Position numbers and translations under genes: made by a program
Shown here: in pieces, positions 28,301 to 39,021 of the stretch
Numbering within the stretch: position 1 is the first letter of the stretch
Layout: each line of letters opens with the position of its first letter
Notes under the pieces: model-generated
Told to the model about the DNA's origin: nothing
The model's input: only the letters and a program-made list of their open reading frames with translations
Database searches by the model: none
Assembly (NCBI GenBank): GCA_965205015.1
Contig: OZ242029.1
Coordinates: 2,496,001-2,560,000, forward strand
Origin: Candidatus Poribacteria bacterium
GTDB lineage: Bacteria; Poribacteria; WGA-4E; WGA-3G
Direction of reading: 5' to 3'
DNA: 64,000 nt

Positions 28301-29125
28301 TTAGTAGCGTTCAGTCCCTGACCGCTTGAGTATCCCCCATGTTACCGCAAGCTTCCCCGATGCCTCGACGGCTAATGCCTCGCGCATGTTCATCGTGATG
28401 TCCTGAATTTCCTCTTCGGTGAGTGCCTGATTGAACATTGCGACTTCATCGAGCACACCTGACCAGAAATCGCCTCTCGGATTCCCCCAGCGTCCGATGC
28501 GGACGGGTTCCGTATTGTGATCCGGCGGGATTTCAGTCTTGGTTTCGCCTTCCATCACACCGTCAAAATACGCCCGAAGGAACGTGCCATCAAAGGTCGC
28601 AGCGACGTGATGCCATTTGCCGTCGGCAGCGACCGTCTTGCTAAAGGCGGTCTTCCATGCACCAGCAGTGGTGTAGTTCACGCCAAGTAGGTTCGTATTG
28701 CCGGCAACGAAGATCCCATAATTCCTCGGGTTCCCAGCGACAGGTTCCTTCCCGATCACGGTTTGCCAGAGACCGGTTGGTTCCGTTTTGATCCACGCCG
28801 ATATTGTGTATTCGGTGAGATCGAAATCGGCGTGATGTGGGATTTCTACGATATTACCATCACCGTTGAATTCGAGAGCCGCTCCTATTTTGCCTTGAAC
28901 CCATTTCGCGCCCTGAATATCGCCATCATGCCCATTCTCAGAGGTATCTTTCGCTGTCCCACCTTGGTTTTCGTCGAAAAGCCATGCGCCAACGAGTGCG
29001 TCTTCCAATACGTCCGTTGTACATATATTGGTACTACACAGAAGAACTACCAACAACATTATCAACATCATCACAGGTCGTTTTTGAACAGGCATCATTG
29101 TGTGTTCCTTTGGTGTCGAACCCAA
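28301..29125 (-). CDS. Secreted LamG protein with C-terminal TWG motif
   Basis: LVGAWLFDE, GKIGAALEFNG, WHHVAATFDG, LDEVAMF, AVEASGKLAVTWGILK; start may be MMPVQ. Confidence 0.9.
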   Translation of the reverse strand: MGSTPKEHTMMPVQKRPVMMLIMLLVVLLCSTNICTTDVLEDALVGAWLFDENQGGTAKDTSENGHDGDIQGAKWVQGKIGAALEFNGDGNIVEIPHHADFDLTEYTISAWIKTEPTGLWQTVIGKEPVAGNPRNYGIFVAGNTNLLGVNYTTAGAWKTAFSKTVAADGKWHHVAATFDGTFLRAYFDGVMEGETKTEIPPDHNTEPVRIGRWGNPRGDFWSGVLDEVAMFNQALTEEEIQDITMNMREALAVEASGKLAVTWGILKRSGTERY

Positions 29126-29239
29126 TCTCGGATGTCTTCATCAACAATTCATTGGAGGACAGACGCAATTTGGGATGGTGCAAGCGGCGGTCCCTCATAC
29201 CGATTTTTCATCTCTGGCATTTTCGGACATTGGCGTATA

Positions 29240-30016
29240 TCAATCCTGAGTCTTGAGTGTGCCCCAAGTTACCGCCAGCTTTCCAGTAGGTTCAATCGCT
29301 AACGCCAGTGTATGCAATCTCCTCACGTCGGTATCACTGAACGCCCCTTCAAAAATCGCAATTTCGTCAATGCCACCGGCGTACCAGATACCGCCCAAAT
29401 GCTGTGTGTAGGCGATTGTCGGCTTATGCGCGGCACCGTAGGCAATACTGATGGGATCAGGGGCTGGAGTCGTCTTTTTGAGCTCACCGTCCAAGTAGAT
29501 TCGGACGGACTTTTTGCTCTCAACAACCCCAACGACATGATGCCACTCGCCGTCAGTGGGGAACGGTACATAGGCGGAGGGCCAATGCTTTGCGGCGTTC
29601 GCCGTGTCCGCTCGAATCCAGATGCCAACATTATTGTTATCAAGCAGTTGGATACCGTAATTGTATTTGTCATAGATCGGATTTCGTGTCCCAAGGGTCG
29701 GCTTAATAATCGCCTCCATCGTCACAGAAGGGAAGAAGATGTCCTCACCGATTCGTATCAAATCAACAACACCATCAAAATCGAGGGCTTCACTGCGAAA
29801 TCCGTCGATGTGGTCGGGTTTGCCCGTAACGGTTCCGCCGTTCTTCCCCAAAACATCTTCAACTTTTTTCCCTTGAACGGTGTCTTTGTCAAAGGTCCAA
29901 AGTGCCGCAAGCCCCATTTTTACTCTCGGATCCTCGGCTTCTGCGGACTGAATTACCGTGATAGAAATTACAAAACTGACTAAAAGCAGAACAGAGGCAG
30001 ACAATTTCGTTTTCAT
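29240..30016 (-). CDS. Secreted LamG protein with C-terminal TWG motif
   Basis: Signal peptide, LWTFD, ALDFDG, WHHVVGV, IDEIAIF, AIEPTGKLAVTWGTLK. Confidence 0.9.
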   Translation of the reverse strand: MKTKLSASVLLLVSFVISITVIQSAEAEDPRVKMGLAALWTFDKDTVQGKKVEDVLGKNGGTVTGKPDHIDGFRSEALDFDGVVDLIRIGEDIFFPSVTMEAIIKPTLGTRNPIYDKYNYGIQLLDNNNVGIWIRADTANAAKHWPSAYVPFPTDGEWHHVVGVVESKKSVRIYLDGELKKTTPAPDPISIAYGAAHKPTIAYTQHLGGIWYAGGIDEIAIFEGAFSDTDVRRLHTLALAIEPTGKLAVTWGTLKTQD

Positions 30017-30208
30017 GGATCAGTCCTCCTTAGATTCTGATTTCCGCCTAAACAATTTGATGTACGCACTGAAAATCTCCTACAATTTTAGATATTTAGA
30101 AAAACGTGTCAAGTTTCTTCAAGCGGATTACATTTTTTCATACCTTTAGGCCATCAGGTGAAGTTGTTTTGGATAATGTCCGAATCAATCATGCCCTCCA
30201 TAATCATA

Positions 30209-31063
30209 TCAAGCGGATTCGGAGATTGGGAGCACATCGCGCTCGACTTCGTGGACTTTACTGGGATAAGTTTTGCCGCGAATCCACATGACAGCGCAAC
30301 CTCGCTCCGGTTTAGGCGTCACCCATTCTGCTTGCGCACTGAGGTAATGGGCGACGAAACTCCGGCGGAACCGTAGACTGTGGTTGTCCATGCTCTTGTG
30401 CAGGAGATGACTATGGAACCAGATGACGGCACCAGGTGGCACTTCTACCGCTACACCGTCTTCATCGCGAACACCGCGTGCCATTTTGAACTCCCGCTGC
30501 TGTGAGCCTTCAAGGTCTCCATGCTGAAAGATGTCCCATTTATGGCTACCAGGGATGACGTAGAGACAACCGTTCTCTTTGTCTGCCGGGTCAATAGCCG
30601 TCCATGTTCCAACAGTCGTCTCTGTATTAAACCGAGTGCGGAAGTAGAACTTATCTTGATGCCACGGGAAACCGAGACCAATCTTGGGAGCCTTCCAAAT
30701 GAACAACGTGTTGATACCGAGAATATCTGGACCAAGTAGATCGACCAATGGATCAGTGAGCCGAGGATCCCGCACACGTGTGAGGAATTCTGGGTCGTAG
30801 CAACTCGGAAAATGGATTTTGTGCATCGCGTAGATGCCTTGCTGTGCTGCTTTCCCGTCTCTGACGAGGGCATTTTGATCGATGTGTACGGACGGGAAGG
30901 GACGTTTTCTGTCCACAATGTCTTCAGCGACTTGGCGGAATGCATCGTTCTCTTCGGGGGTGAATACGTTCAAACGGACAAGGTAACCGTTCTCGTTCCA
31001 GTATGAGAGTTCATCCGGGCTTAGTTTAAAACGCCGATTCTGTGGTGTTGGTTCTGCGTTCAT
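30209..31063 (-). CDS. PhyH-family dioxygenase
   Basis: WNENGYL, PWHQD, AIDPADKENGCLYVIPGSH, LLHKS..N.S...R. Confidence 0.92.
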   Translation of the reverse strand: MNAEPTPQNRRFKLSPDELSYWNENGYLVRLNVFTPEENDAFRQVAEDIVDRKRPFPSVHIDQNALVRDGKAAQQGIYAMHKIHFPSCYDPEFLTRVRDPRLTDPLVDLLGPDILGINTLFIWKAPKIGLGFPWHQDKFYFRTRFNTETTVGTWTAIDPADKENGCLYVIPGSHKWDIFQHGDLEGSQQREFKMARGVRDEDGVAVEVPPGAVIWFHSHLLHKSMDNHSLRFRRSFVAHYLSAQAEWVTPKPERGCAVMWIRGKTYPSKVHEVERDVLPISESA

Positions 31064-31162
31064 TTTAATCTCCTGTTCCTTGATTTGCAGCGGTGGGCGA
31101 CAATCTTTTGAAGGGCTGTGGAAATAATAACACATTTGGTGGAAAAGTCAACCCGTTTTTTC

Positions 31163-31191
31163 TTGACAGATATTGTAGTAAAGTGTATCTT
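31163..31191 (+). promoter_or_regulatory. Putative sigma70 promoter
   Basis: TTGACA-17 nt-TATCTT. Confidence 0.55.
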
Positions 31192-31289
31192 CGTGAGTAA
31201 TTATCAAGTACGAACCGCTAAAGTTTTGAGAAATATGTGAAGTGTGCTAAAATAGCGTATTGGTTCAAAGTCACTATCTAACAGGAGGA

Positions 31290-32477
31290 ATGACAATGAA
31301 CACGAATGAAGCATCAGTGAAAGAGACCTACCGCGCGACAGCGTTTGCAGATTTCCAACCTGAACTTTCGGCTCCGGGTGCCACACCTGAAAGATTGGCA
31401 TACCTGAAGGAGCACGGTTTTGTCATCATCAACGACTTTGTTGATAATCCGTGGATTCCCATTCTTCGGGAGGCAGGTCGCCGTGTCACGGAGGCGTGTG
31501 CCCCCGAGCACTGCTACGACACGATCGACTGCTCAAAGGGCTACGTCCACCGTGCCGCGGAAGATGAACCGTGGGCGATCCGAGGACTTATCCATCCCGC
31601 TTTCGGTGAACCGAGTTTCTCCGAATTCCACGGCTCTTCGGATTTCTTGGACTTTGTTGCCTCTTGGTGTCACGGACTTCAACCTGAGGACCTGACGTTT
31701 AGTGGTATGCTACTGTGGGCAAATCCGCGAAAGAACGAAAATGGACCCAGTTGGCACAGAGACGTGACGTGGTGGGGGGACGGCGCAGGCTACTTCTCAC
31801 AGCGGGAAATCCGCGGAGATACCCCTGAAGACTATTCCGAAGCGGTAGAACGGATCCGCTGGAAAGAAATTCAAGAAAGTAATGAGAAACGAATTACCGA
31901 GCGGAACGGCGTGAGCATGTTTTTGGCACTCACAGACGACGAATGCCATGAGTTGATTCCAGGCAGCCATCATCGATGGCGCACTCCCTTTGAGCATGAC
32001 GTGCTACTTCCACAGGCGATGAAGGATCAGGGGGTTCCCTATACACCGAGTTGGAACAGGGTTGATCCGTTACCCGGTCAGGTCGCTATTCGGCTCAAGC
32101 CGGGAGAGGCACTCATCCGCAATGGCAACAACATCCATACGGGACACACCGTGCCTGAGCGCGAGCGGAACACATTGTCGATCGGCTGGTCGAAATGGTC
32201 GGGCGAATTCACCGGTGAGCCTTCAGTCGCGGACGCACGAAACGCTTGGCAACTCGATCCTGCTGTCCGAGACGCTTTGCCGCACGAGTTTATGAAGACG
32301 GCGTGGGACCGGTGGGCAGAAACCCAGAAACTCGGAGACACGCTTGAGGACAGGTACGCCGGATTTGACGTCAGGCAGATTAAGTCTGGAAAAGTCGTTG
32401 GGTGGCAGACTGAATTGGAACGTCAAGCCGCAGCAGCAGGCGACGCGTGGGAAGCCTTCCAAACCGCTGCATCATAA
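31290..32477 (+). CDS. PhyH-like dioxygenase
   Basis: LKEHGFVII, SWHRD, LIPGSH, LKPGE...IHTG; AGGAGG RBS. Confidence 0.8.
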   Translation: MTMNTNEASVKETYRATAFADFQPELSAPGATPERLAYLKEHGFVIINDFVDNPWIPILREAGRRVTEACAPEHCYDTIDCSKGYVHRAAEDEPWAIRGLIHPAFGEPSFSEFHGSSDFLDFVASWCHGLQPEDLTFSGMLLWANPRKNENGPSWHRDVTWWGDGAGYFSQREIRGDTPEDYSEAVERIRWKEIQESNEKRITERNGVSMFLALTDDECHELIPGSHHRWRTPFEHDVLLPQAMKDQGVPYTPSWNRVDPLPGQVAIRLKPGEALIRNGNNIHTGHTVPERERNTLSIGWSKWSGEFTGEPSVADARNAWQLDPAVRDALPHEFMKTAWDRWAETQKLGDTLEDRYAGFDVRQIKSGKVVGWQTELERQAAAAGDAWEAFQTAAS

Positions 32478-32754
32478 TTAGACAGGAGCCAACCGTATTG
32501 CCTAAAAAATTAGCAAGCGACAATAGGGGTATAACCTGTGTTCTCATCTCCGTACAACGTCCGAAGTGGGGTGGCTTACGCATGCGTTGAGACAGGTTAT
32601 CATTCTTCCGTATACATTGACCTTGGCATAAGTATTGCATCATGCCTGAGTATAGGGCTTACGCAATCTGCAAACCGTAACCCATAGTATCTTTGCATCC
32701 TCGCTGCGGAATCACTGTATTCTTGACAGTACGAGATAGAGGAGGTTCATCGCG

Positions 32755-34197
32755 ATGGCAGGATTTGATGGATATAATACTGATGGATTTTATGATGAGA
32801 TGTTTACGGCTGATGGAAGTGCCCGTCCCGCGGTTCAGATGTTGGTAGAACGCATTGAAGGTTTTCCGGAAGGCGAGTTAGCGCGTCGTCACATTGCCGC
32901 TGAACATGCTTTGCTGCGAATGGGCATAACCTTCAATGTCTATGCGGACGAACAGGGCATCGAAAAGATTTTTCCGTTCGACCTGATCCCGCGAATCATC
33001 GATGCGAGTGAATGGAACTGGATAGAGCGCGGGCTCAAACAGCGCATCCACGCGCTGAATCTATTCATTGACGACGTTTACCACGATCAGAAGATCCTCA
33101 AAGATGGCGTTGTCCCGGCAGATGTCGTGCTTTCATCGGAACGGTATCTGCAGCAATGCATCGGCTTGGATCCGCCGCGCGGTGTTTGGTGTCACATCAC
33201 TGGGACGGATTTGGTTCGCGATGGCGATGGGCAGATTTATGTCTTGGAAGATAATCTCGGGTGTCCGTCAGGGGTTTCCTACGTCGTGGAGAACCGACAG
33301 TTAATGAAACGGACCTTCCCGCAGCTTTTTGGGATGTCGCAGATTCAACCCGTGGAGGATTACCCGAGCCAACTTCTGAATATGCTTCGGTACCTTGTGA
33401 CTGACAAGGTACTGACCCCTGAAGTGGCTGTGCTGACGCCTGGCATTTACAACTCCGCCTACTTTGAACACTCTTTCTTGGCACAGCAGATGGGTGTCGA
33501 ATTGGTTGAGGGGCGCGATCTTGTCGTGATGGACGGATTTGTGCACATGCGAACAACGAAAGGTTTTGAGCGTGTTGATGTCATCTATCGCCGTATTAAC
33601 GACGATTTCCTTGACCCAACGGTGCTTAATCCTGAATCAATGCTGGGTGTTCCAGGCTTGATGGAGGTTTACAAAGCGGGACGGGTCGCTTTGGTCAATG
33701 CCCCCGGGACTTGTGTCGCCGATGACAAAGTCGTCTGTTCGTTTGTGCCACAGATTATCAAGTATTATCTCGGCGAAGATATTATCGTTCCAAATGTTCC
33801 GACCTATATGTGTTGGGAAGATACGGATCGAAAATACGTTTTGGAGCATCTCGATGAACTCGTTGTCAAAGAAGCAAATCAGTCGGGTGGTTATGGGATG
33901 TTGATCGGTCCGCATTCAACCAAGGCAGCGTGTGAGGAATTTGCCCGCCGCATCAAAGAGAACCCACGCAACTACATTGCGCAACCGACGCTCTCGCTTT
34001 CACGGGTGCCTGTGTTGATTAACGACCATTTTGAAGGACGACACGTTGACTTGCGTCCGTTCATCCTTTACGGCGAAGATATCTATGTGCTTCCGGGTGG
34101 ATTAACACGGGTCGCCCTCAAGAAAGGCTCACTGGTCGTCAATTCGTCCCAAGGTGGTGGTAGCAAGGATACTTGGGTCTTATCGAACTCGGCGTAG
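32755..34197 (+). CDS. Circularly permuted ATP-grasp (type 2) peptide ligase
   Basis: GITFNVY, PFDLIPR, LEDNL..PSGVSY, VLTPGIYNSAYFEH, HVDLRP, VVNSSQGGGSKDTW. Confidence 0.93.
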   Translation: MAGFDGYNTDGFYDEMFTADGSARPAVQMLVERIEGFPEGELARRHIAAEHALLRMGITFNVYADEQGIEKIFPFDLIPRIIDASEWNWIERGLKQRIHALNLFIDDVYHDQKILKDGVVPADVVLSSERYLQQCIGLDPPRGVWCHITGTDLVRDGDGQIYVLEDNLGCPSGVSYVVENRQLMKRTFPQLFGMSQIQPVEDYPSQLLNMLRYLVTDKVLTPEVAVLTPGIYNSAYFEHSFLAQQMGVELVEGRDLVVMDGFVHMRTTKGFERVDVIYRRINDDFLDPTVLNPESMLGVPGLMEVYKAGRVALVNAPGTCVADDKVVCSFVPQIIKYYLGEDIIVPNVPTYMCWEDTDRKYVLEHLDELVVKEANQSGGYGMLIGPHSTKAACEEFARRIKENPRNYIAQPTLSLSRVPVLINDHFEGRHVDLRPFILYGEDIYVLPGGLTRVALKKGSLVVNSSQGGGSKDTWVLSNSA

Positions 34198-34206
34198 GAG
34201 GATGTC

Positions 34207-35175
34207 ATGCTAAGTCGCGTTGCGGAATCAATTTACTGGATGAGTCGCTACATTGAACGTGCCGAAAATGTTGCGCGTTTTGTAGATGTCAACCTCCACC
34301 TCATTCTCGACCTACCGGTCGGTGTACAGGCACAGTGGGAACCCTTGGTAGCCACGACAGGTGATGATGAAGTATTCGCTGAACGCTACGGTGAAGCATC
34401 ACGCGAAGCGGTGATTCGGTTTTTAGCATTTGACACTGAAAATCCGAATTCAATTGTCTCTTGTCTGCGGGCTGGACGTGAAAATGCCCGATCGGTCCGT
34501 GAAAATATCTCGTCAGAGATGTGGGAACAGTTAAATGATGCCTACTTATTGGTGACAAACACCTCCGAACAGTGGGCGATGGCGGAGCCTCATGAATTCT
34601 TTAGAGACATCAAACTTGCATCACATCTCTTCATGGGACTCACAGATAATGTGATGTCCCATAGCGAAGCGTGGCACTTCTGTCAGTTGGGGCGTTTGAT
34701 TGAGCGTGCCGACAAGACATCAAGAATCGTAGATGTTAAATATTTTATTCTACTTCCATCCGTGTGGGATGTGGATACACCGTTTGATGATATTCAGTGG
34801 GGAGCATTGTTGCACTCTGCCAGTGGTTTTGAGATGTATCGTCGGACCTACGGGCTCATCTCCCCAAATGAAGTCGTCTCCTTTTTATTGCTGGATCGTG
34901 AGTTTCCGCGGTCGGTACTTTATTGTCTTTCCAAGGCTGAAGAATCATTGCATGCGATCTCCAGCACCCCGTTAGAAACCTTCTCCAACCCAGCGGAACA
35001 GCGGTTGGGGCAGCTGCGTGCTGAATTTGCGTATGCCCAAGTCAAACAGATTCTCAGGATGGGTTTGCACGAGTTTCTCGATGCCTTCCAAACGAAGCTG
35101 AACTTAGTCGGTGATGACATTCACAAGACCTTTTTTGCTTTGCGGCCCGTCAATGGAGAACCCGCGGAGGAATAG
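34207..35175 (+). CDS. Alpha-E domain protein
   Basis: MLSRVAESIYWMSRYIERAEN, ERADKTSR, FPRS. Confidence 0.93.
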   Translation: MLSRVAESIYWMSRYIERAENVARFVDVNLHLILDLPVGVQAQWEPLVATTGDDEVFAERYGEASREAVIRFLAFDTENPNSIVSCLRAGRENARSVRENISSEMWEQLNDAYLLVTNTSEQWAMAEPHEFFRDIKLASHLFMGLTDNVMSHSEAWHFCQLGRLIERADKTSRIVDVKYFILLPSVWDVDTPFDDIQWGALLHSASGFEMYRRTYGLISPNEVVSFLLLDREFPRSVLYCLSKAEESLHAISSTPLETFSNPAEQRLGQLRAEFAYAQVKQILRMGLHEFLDAFQTKLNLVGDDIHKTFFALRPVNGEPAEE

Positions 35176-37908
35176 TTGAAGGTGATAGACGATAATTATA
35201 ACATCCCTATAGAAGAGGTTCGTAACCTCGATTCTTTTAGTTTGCCTTATGGACGGACAGGCGACTTTCCGGGTGGACAGATCGATGAGATGCTGAACCG
35301 GGATGGACAGGTCAATCCGCATTGGCGCGCCTTCATGCAGGCACTCGACATCTTGGGACTCACAGAGATGGAATCTCGCGACGAAGAGGTAAAGCGGCTC
35401 CTCCGTGAAAATGGTGTTACTTACGTCTTACACGGGGAGCAACAGGGACACCGCCCGTGGGAACTTGATCCTATTCCATTTATCATTTCGAACACTGACT
35501 GGCAAACTATCTCTGATGGACTTATCCAGCGCGCCGAACTGCTGAACCTAATTTTGACCGATCTCTACGGGGAACGCACTTTAATCAAAGAGGGGGTAAT
35601 ACCCCCAGAAGTGGTTTATGCACATGCCGGATTTTTACGCGCCTGTGTTGGGCTTGCTCCGTGTGAATTCCCATTCCTTCTGAATTATGCCGCCGATTTA
35701 GCACGCGGACCGGATGGCAATATGTGGATACTCAGTGATCGGACACAGGCCCCCTCAGGGGCAGGTTATGCGCTTGAGAACCGCACTGTCCTCGCGCGAG
35801 CACTGCCGAATCTCTTTGGTGAAGTTGGTGTTCATCGACTCTCCTTTTTCTTCCGAGCACTCCAGAACAGTGTAGCAGATCTGCAATATCAACTCGAAAG
35901 TGCCATCCGCATTGCCCCGAACCAGACAGAAAATCCACACGTCGTTGTACTCACCCCTGGGCCCCTCAACGAAACTTACTTTGAGCATGCCTATCTCGCG
36001 AATTACCTCGGTTATACTTTAGTCCAAGGTGACGATTTGACGGTGTGGGATGGGCGTGTTTGGCTAAAATCGATTGATGGTCTACGTCCTGTTGATATTA
36101 TTCTGCGTCGGGTAGACGACATCTTCTGCGATCCATTGGAACTCCGACAAGATTCGCGCCTTGGCGTTGCAGGCTTGTTGGAGGCAATTCGGCAGGGAAA
36201 CGTGATCGTGATAAACCCACCCGGCAGCGGTGTTTTGGAAAATCCGGGCTTGATACCGTTCCTACCGAGTATCGCAAAACGGTTGATGGGCGAAGACCTC
36301 CGTCTTCCCTCTGCTGCAACGTGGTGGTGTGGGCAACCGAAGGAGCGAGAATATGTATTGGCAAATCTTGAGACGCTGGTTATTAAAGCTATTCATCGTC
36401 AACCGGGCGATCAACCTCTGTTTGGGACCCAATTGAGCAAGGCAGAACGTGACGCGCTCCGCATCCAGATCAATGCTAATCCATACTTATACGTGGGACA
36501 GGAACAGATTCACCTATCGACAACACCCTCGCTGATTGAAGGAAGACTTGAACCCCGCCGTGCAATCCTGCGTTGTTTTCTATTTGCTGAGAAAGAGGGA
36601 TACGCCGTGATGCCGGGGGCACTCACGCGTTGTGCGGGAGAGAGAGACGAGGTAACGATCTCGATCCAAGATGGTGGTGTTAGCAAAGACACTTGGGTGC
36701 TCGCTTCAGAACCTGAACCACATGTGAGTTTATGGCAGCGGCGTATCACCGAGGTGCGGGGTCCTGCTTCTACGAATCCTGCTGGATTGTCGAGTCGGTC
36801 GGCTGAAAACCTATTCTGGGTCGGTCGCTATGCGGAACGCGCCGAGGGGCAAGCGCGGCTCCTCCGAATTATGTTGGATAAAGTTAAGATGAGTAAAATG
36901 GGTTTGGAGACTTCGACTTTAGGCGAGGTGCCACCGTCCACTGTTTTCACAGAGATCGTTGGCGAAGATGCGAGAAAGGTTTCTGAACTTGCGTACCTCC
37001 GTAGTATGCTCCATTCTCTCACGGGTTTGCGGTCATCTCACCCGGGTTTTGTCAGTAAGGACGAACAATCATTGGAAAGCGATCTCCTTTCTATCATGCG
37101 GGATACAGAAAACAGTGGGAGCCTGGTGTCAACACTTCAGGCGCTCCTCAGCGCGGCGTATGCTGTCCGGGATCGCTGGTCTACCGATACGTGGCGTGTG
37201 ATGAACAATATTGAGGATTTATGTGCTACACTTGATAGGAATATGCCCGAAGAAAGTGGCACAGATGCACAGGTACTAACGAATTTTATTTTACAAGACA
37301 CAGAATTGGCTGCACTTGACCAACTCGTGATTTTTCTTTCTGCATTAAGCGGACTTAATGCAGAGAGCATGACGCGAACGATCGGTTGGATTAGTTTGGA
37401 TATAGGGCGGCGTATTGAGCGCGCCCTGCTTCTGATTGTGCTTTGTCGTTCAAGTCTCGTCGCGGTGCAAGATGAATGGATCGAACGCCTCCTGCTTGAA
37501 TCTGTTCTCGCTGCGGCTGAAAGTCTGATCACTTACCGCAGCCGCTATCGTGCGGCACTTCACTTTCCAACTGCTCTTGAATTGCTACTTCTCGATGAAC
37601 ACAATCCACGCTCACTTCTATATCAATTGAAACGACTGGAGGAACAAATCCAAGTGCTTCCGAGAGAGAAACTCGGCTATCGGCTCAGCGAAGAAGAACA
37701 ACTCATTTTGGAGGCACTCACGCAGTTGCAACTCTCCGATACAGTGGACCTCTCAGAACGTTCAGAGCATACGACACAACGGAGGGGATTAGAAAAACTC
37801 TTGGTTCGGCTTGCCCAAATACTAATTGCTATTTCCGATGTCCTGACGCAGACGTATTTCAGTCACGTCCAAGGACCTCAGCAGCTTATTACCACGAATA
37901 ACCCGTAG
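35176..37908 (+). CDS. Circularly permuted ATP-grasp fused to alpha-E domain
   Basis: PWELDPIP, DRTQAPSGAGYALENR, TPGPLNETYFEH, SKDTW, then SRSAENLFWVGRYAERAE, GRRIER, NPRS. Confidence 0.92.
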   Translation: MKVIDDNYNIPIEEVRNLDSFSLPYGRTGDFPGGQIDEMLNRDGQVNPHWRAFMQALDILGLTEMESRDEEVKRLLRENGVTYVLHGEQQGHRPWELDPIPFIISNTDWQTISDGLIQRAELLNLILTDLYGERTLIKEGVIPPEVVYAHAGFLRACVGLAPCEFPFLLNYAADLARGPDGNMWILSDRTQAPSGAGYALENRTVLARALPNLFGEVGVHRLSFFFRALQNSVADLQYQLESAIRIAPNQTENPHVVVLTPGPLNETYFEHAYLANYLGYTLVQGDDLTVWDGRVWLKSIDGLRPVDIILRRVDDIFCDPLELRQDSRLGVAGLLEAIRQGNVIVINPPGSGVLENPGLIPFLPSIAKRLMGEDLRLPSAATWWCGQPKEREYVLANLETLVIKAIHRQPGDQPLFGTQLSKAERDALRIQINANPYLYVGQEQIHLSTTPSLIEGRLEPRRAILRCFLFAEKEGYAVMPGALTRCAGERDEVTISIQDGGVSKDTWVLASEPEPHVSLWQRRITEVRGPASTNPAGLSSRSAENLFWVGRYAERAEGQARLLRIMLDKVKMSKMGLETSTLGEVPPSTVFTEIVGEDARKVSELAYLRSMLHSLTGLRSSHPGFVSKDEQSLESDLLSIMRDTENSGSLVSTLQALLSAAYAVRDRWSTDTWRVMNNIEDLCATLDRNMPEESGTDAQVLTNFILQDTELAALDQLVIFLSALSGLNAESMTRTIGWISLDIGRRIERALLLIVLCRSSLVAVQDEWIERLLLESVLAAAESLITYRSRYRAALHFPTALELLLLDEHNPRSLLYQLKRLEEQIQVLPREKLGYRLSEEEQLILEALTQLQLSDTVDLSERSEHTTQRRGLEKLLVRLAQILIAISDVLTQTYFSHVQGPQQLITTNNP

Positions 37909-37951
37909 CGGGATACCTCGTGTTCTGTTTCTCCAATATTGGATTATTGTC

Positions 37952-38833
37952 ATGAATTATAGGATTATTCACAAGACTGAATACAGTTACAGCGGCTCCG
38001 TGAACCTCTGTTACAACGAAGCGCGCTTGACACCTCGAAGTTTTGTGCATCAACACTGTAGCGACAGTCAATTCGTTGTCGATCCCGAACCTGGCGTGTG
38101 CCGAGAACGTCAGGATTTCTTCGGAAATACCGTCTACTATTTCACAATCCAGCAGCCCCATCGGGAACTCACCGTTACAGTTACGAGTCATGTACAAGTC
38201 AGAGGCAGAGAGATGCAATTGGATTTCGCCGAACATTTGGCGTGGGAGGAAGTCCGTCAGCGCATACAAACAGATATGGATCCAGAGGTTCTGGAGTTGC
38301 GGCAGTACGTTCTCGACTCCTCTATGATTCCGACGATACCTGAACTCCGGACGTATGCTGAGAAGTCATTTCCCAAAAATCGACCCCTGCTGGAAGCGGT
38401 TGAAGCGTTAACCGCTCGTCTCTACACCGACTTTACGTATGACCCAAATTTCACGACAGTCGCGACACCGTTGGCGGATGTGATACAGCACCGCCGAGGG
38501 GTTTGTCAAGACTTCGCGCATCTCGGTATTGGCTGTCTACGGTCGTTGGGGCTTGCTGCGCGGTATGTCAGCGGGTATATCGAAACCGACCCACCACCCG
38601 GCCAGGAACCTTTAGAGGGTGCCGATGCTTCCCATGCATGGTTTTCGGTCTATCTCCCACAACTCGGTTGGGTGGATTTCGATCCGACAAATAATCAGAT
38701 ACCCGCAGATCAGCATATCACAGTCGCGTGGGGACGAGATTACTCGGATGTAACGCCATTGAAGGGCGTTATTTTTGGAAGTGGTACACACGCATTATCT
38801 GTTTCGGTGGATTGCCAACGGGAAAATTTTTAA
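37952..38833 (+). CDS. Transglutaminase-like protein
   Basis: YRIIHKTEY, GVCQDFAH, ARYVSGY, SHAW, FDPTN, GRDYSDV. Confidence 0.93.
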   Translation: MNYRIIHKTEYSYSGSVNLCYNEARLTPRSFVHQHCSDSQFVVDPEPGVCRERQDFFGNTVYYFTIQQPHRELTVTVTSHVQVRGREMQLDFAEHLAWEEVRQRIQTDMDPEVLELRQYVLDSSMIPTIPELRTYAEKSFPKNRPLLEAVEALTARLYTDFTYDPNFTTVATPLADVIQHRRGVCQDFAHLGIGCLRSLGLAARYVSGYIETDPPPGQEPLEGADASHAWFSVYLPQLGWVDFDPTNNQIPADQHITVAWGRDYSDVTPLKGVIFGSGTHALSVSVDCQRENF

Positions 38834-38932
38834 TGAAAGGGGTGGTTTAATGACGGTTTTCGCGCAAGAGTCGTCTATGCCTGCTTCGCTGTGGGAATAT
38901 AGGGACTCGCGATTTTCTCAGTTAAAATAGCG

Positions 38933-39021
38933 CGTAGCTTGGAACGAAGTGGAAAGCGGATCTACGGAGAAGGACGTGCAAACCTCCGATCACCTAACCG
39001 ACCGCAAGGAAAATTAAAAAA
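38933..39021 (+). repeat. Dispersed repeat ending in RBS-bearing ACCGCAAGGAAAATT
   Basis: CGTAGC...AGTGGA..GCGGAT.TACGGA...CACCT.ACCGA.CCGCAAGGAA also at 47806-47920. Confidence 0.75.

Noticed and set aside
29172-29197. tRNA-like start GGGATGGTGCAAGCGG
   Set aside because: No T-arm (GTTCRA) or cloverleaf follows.
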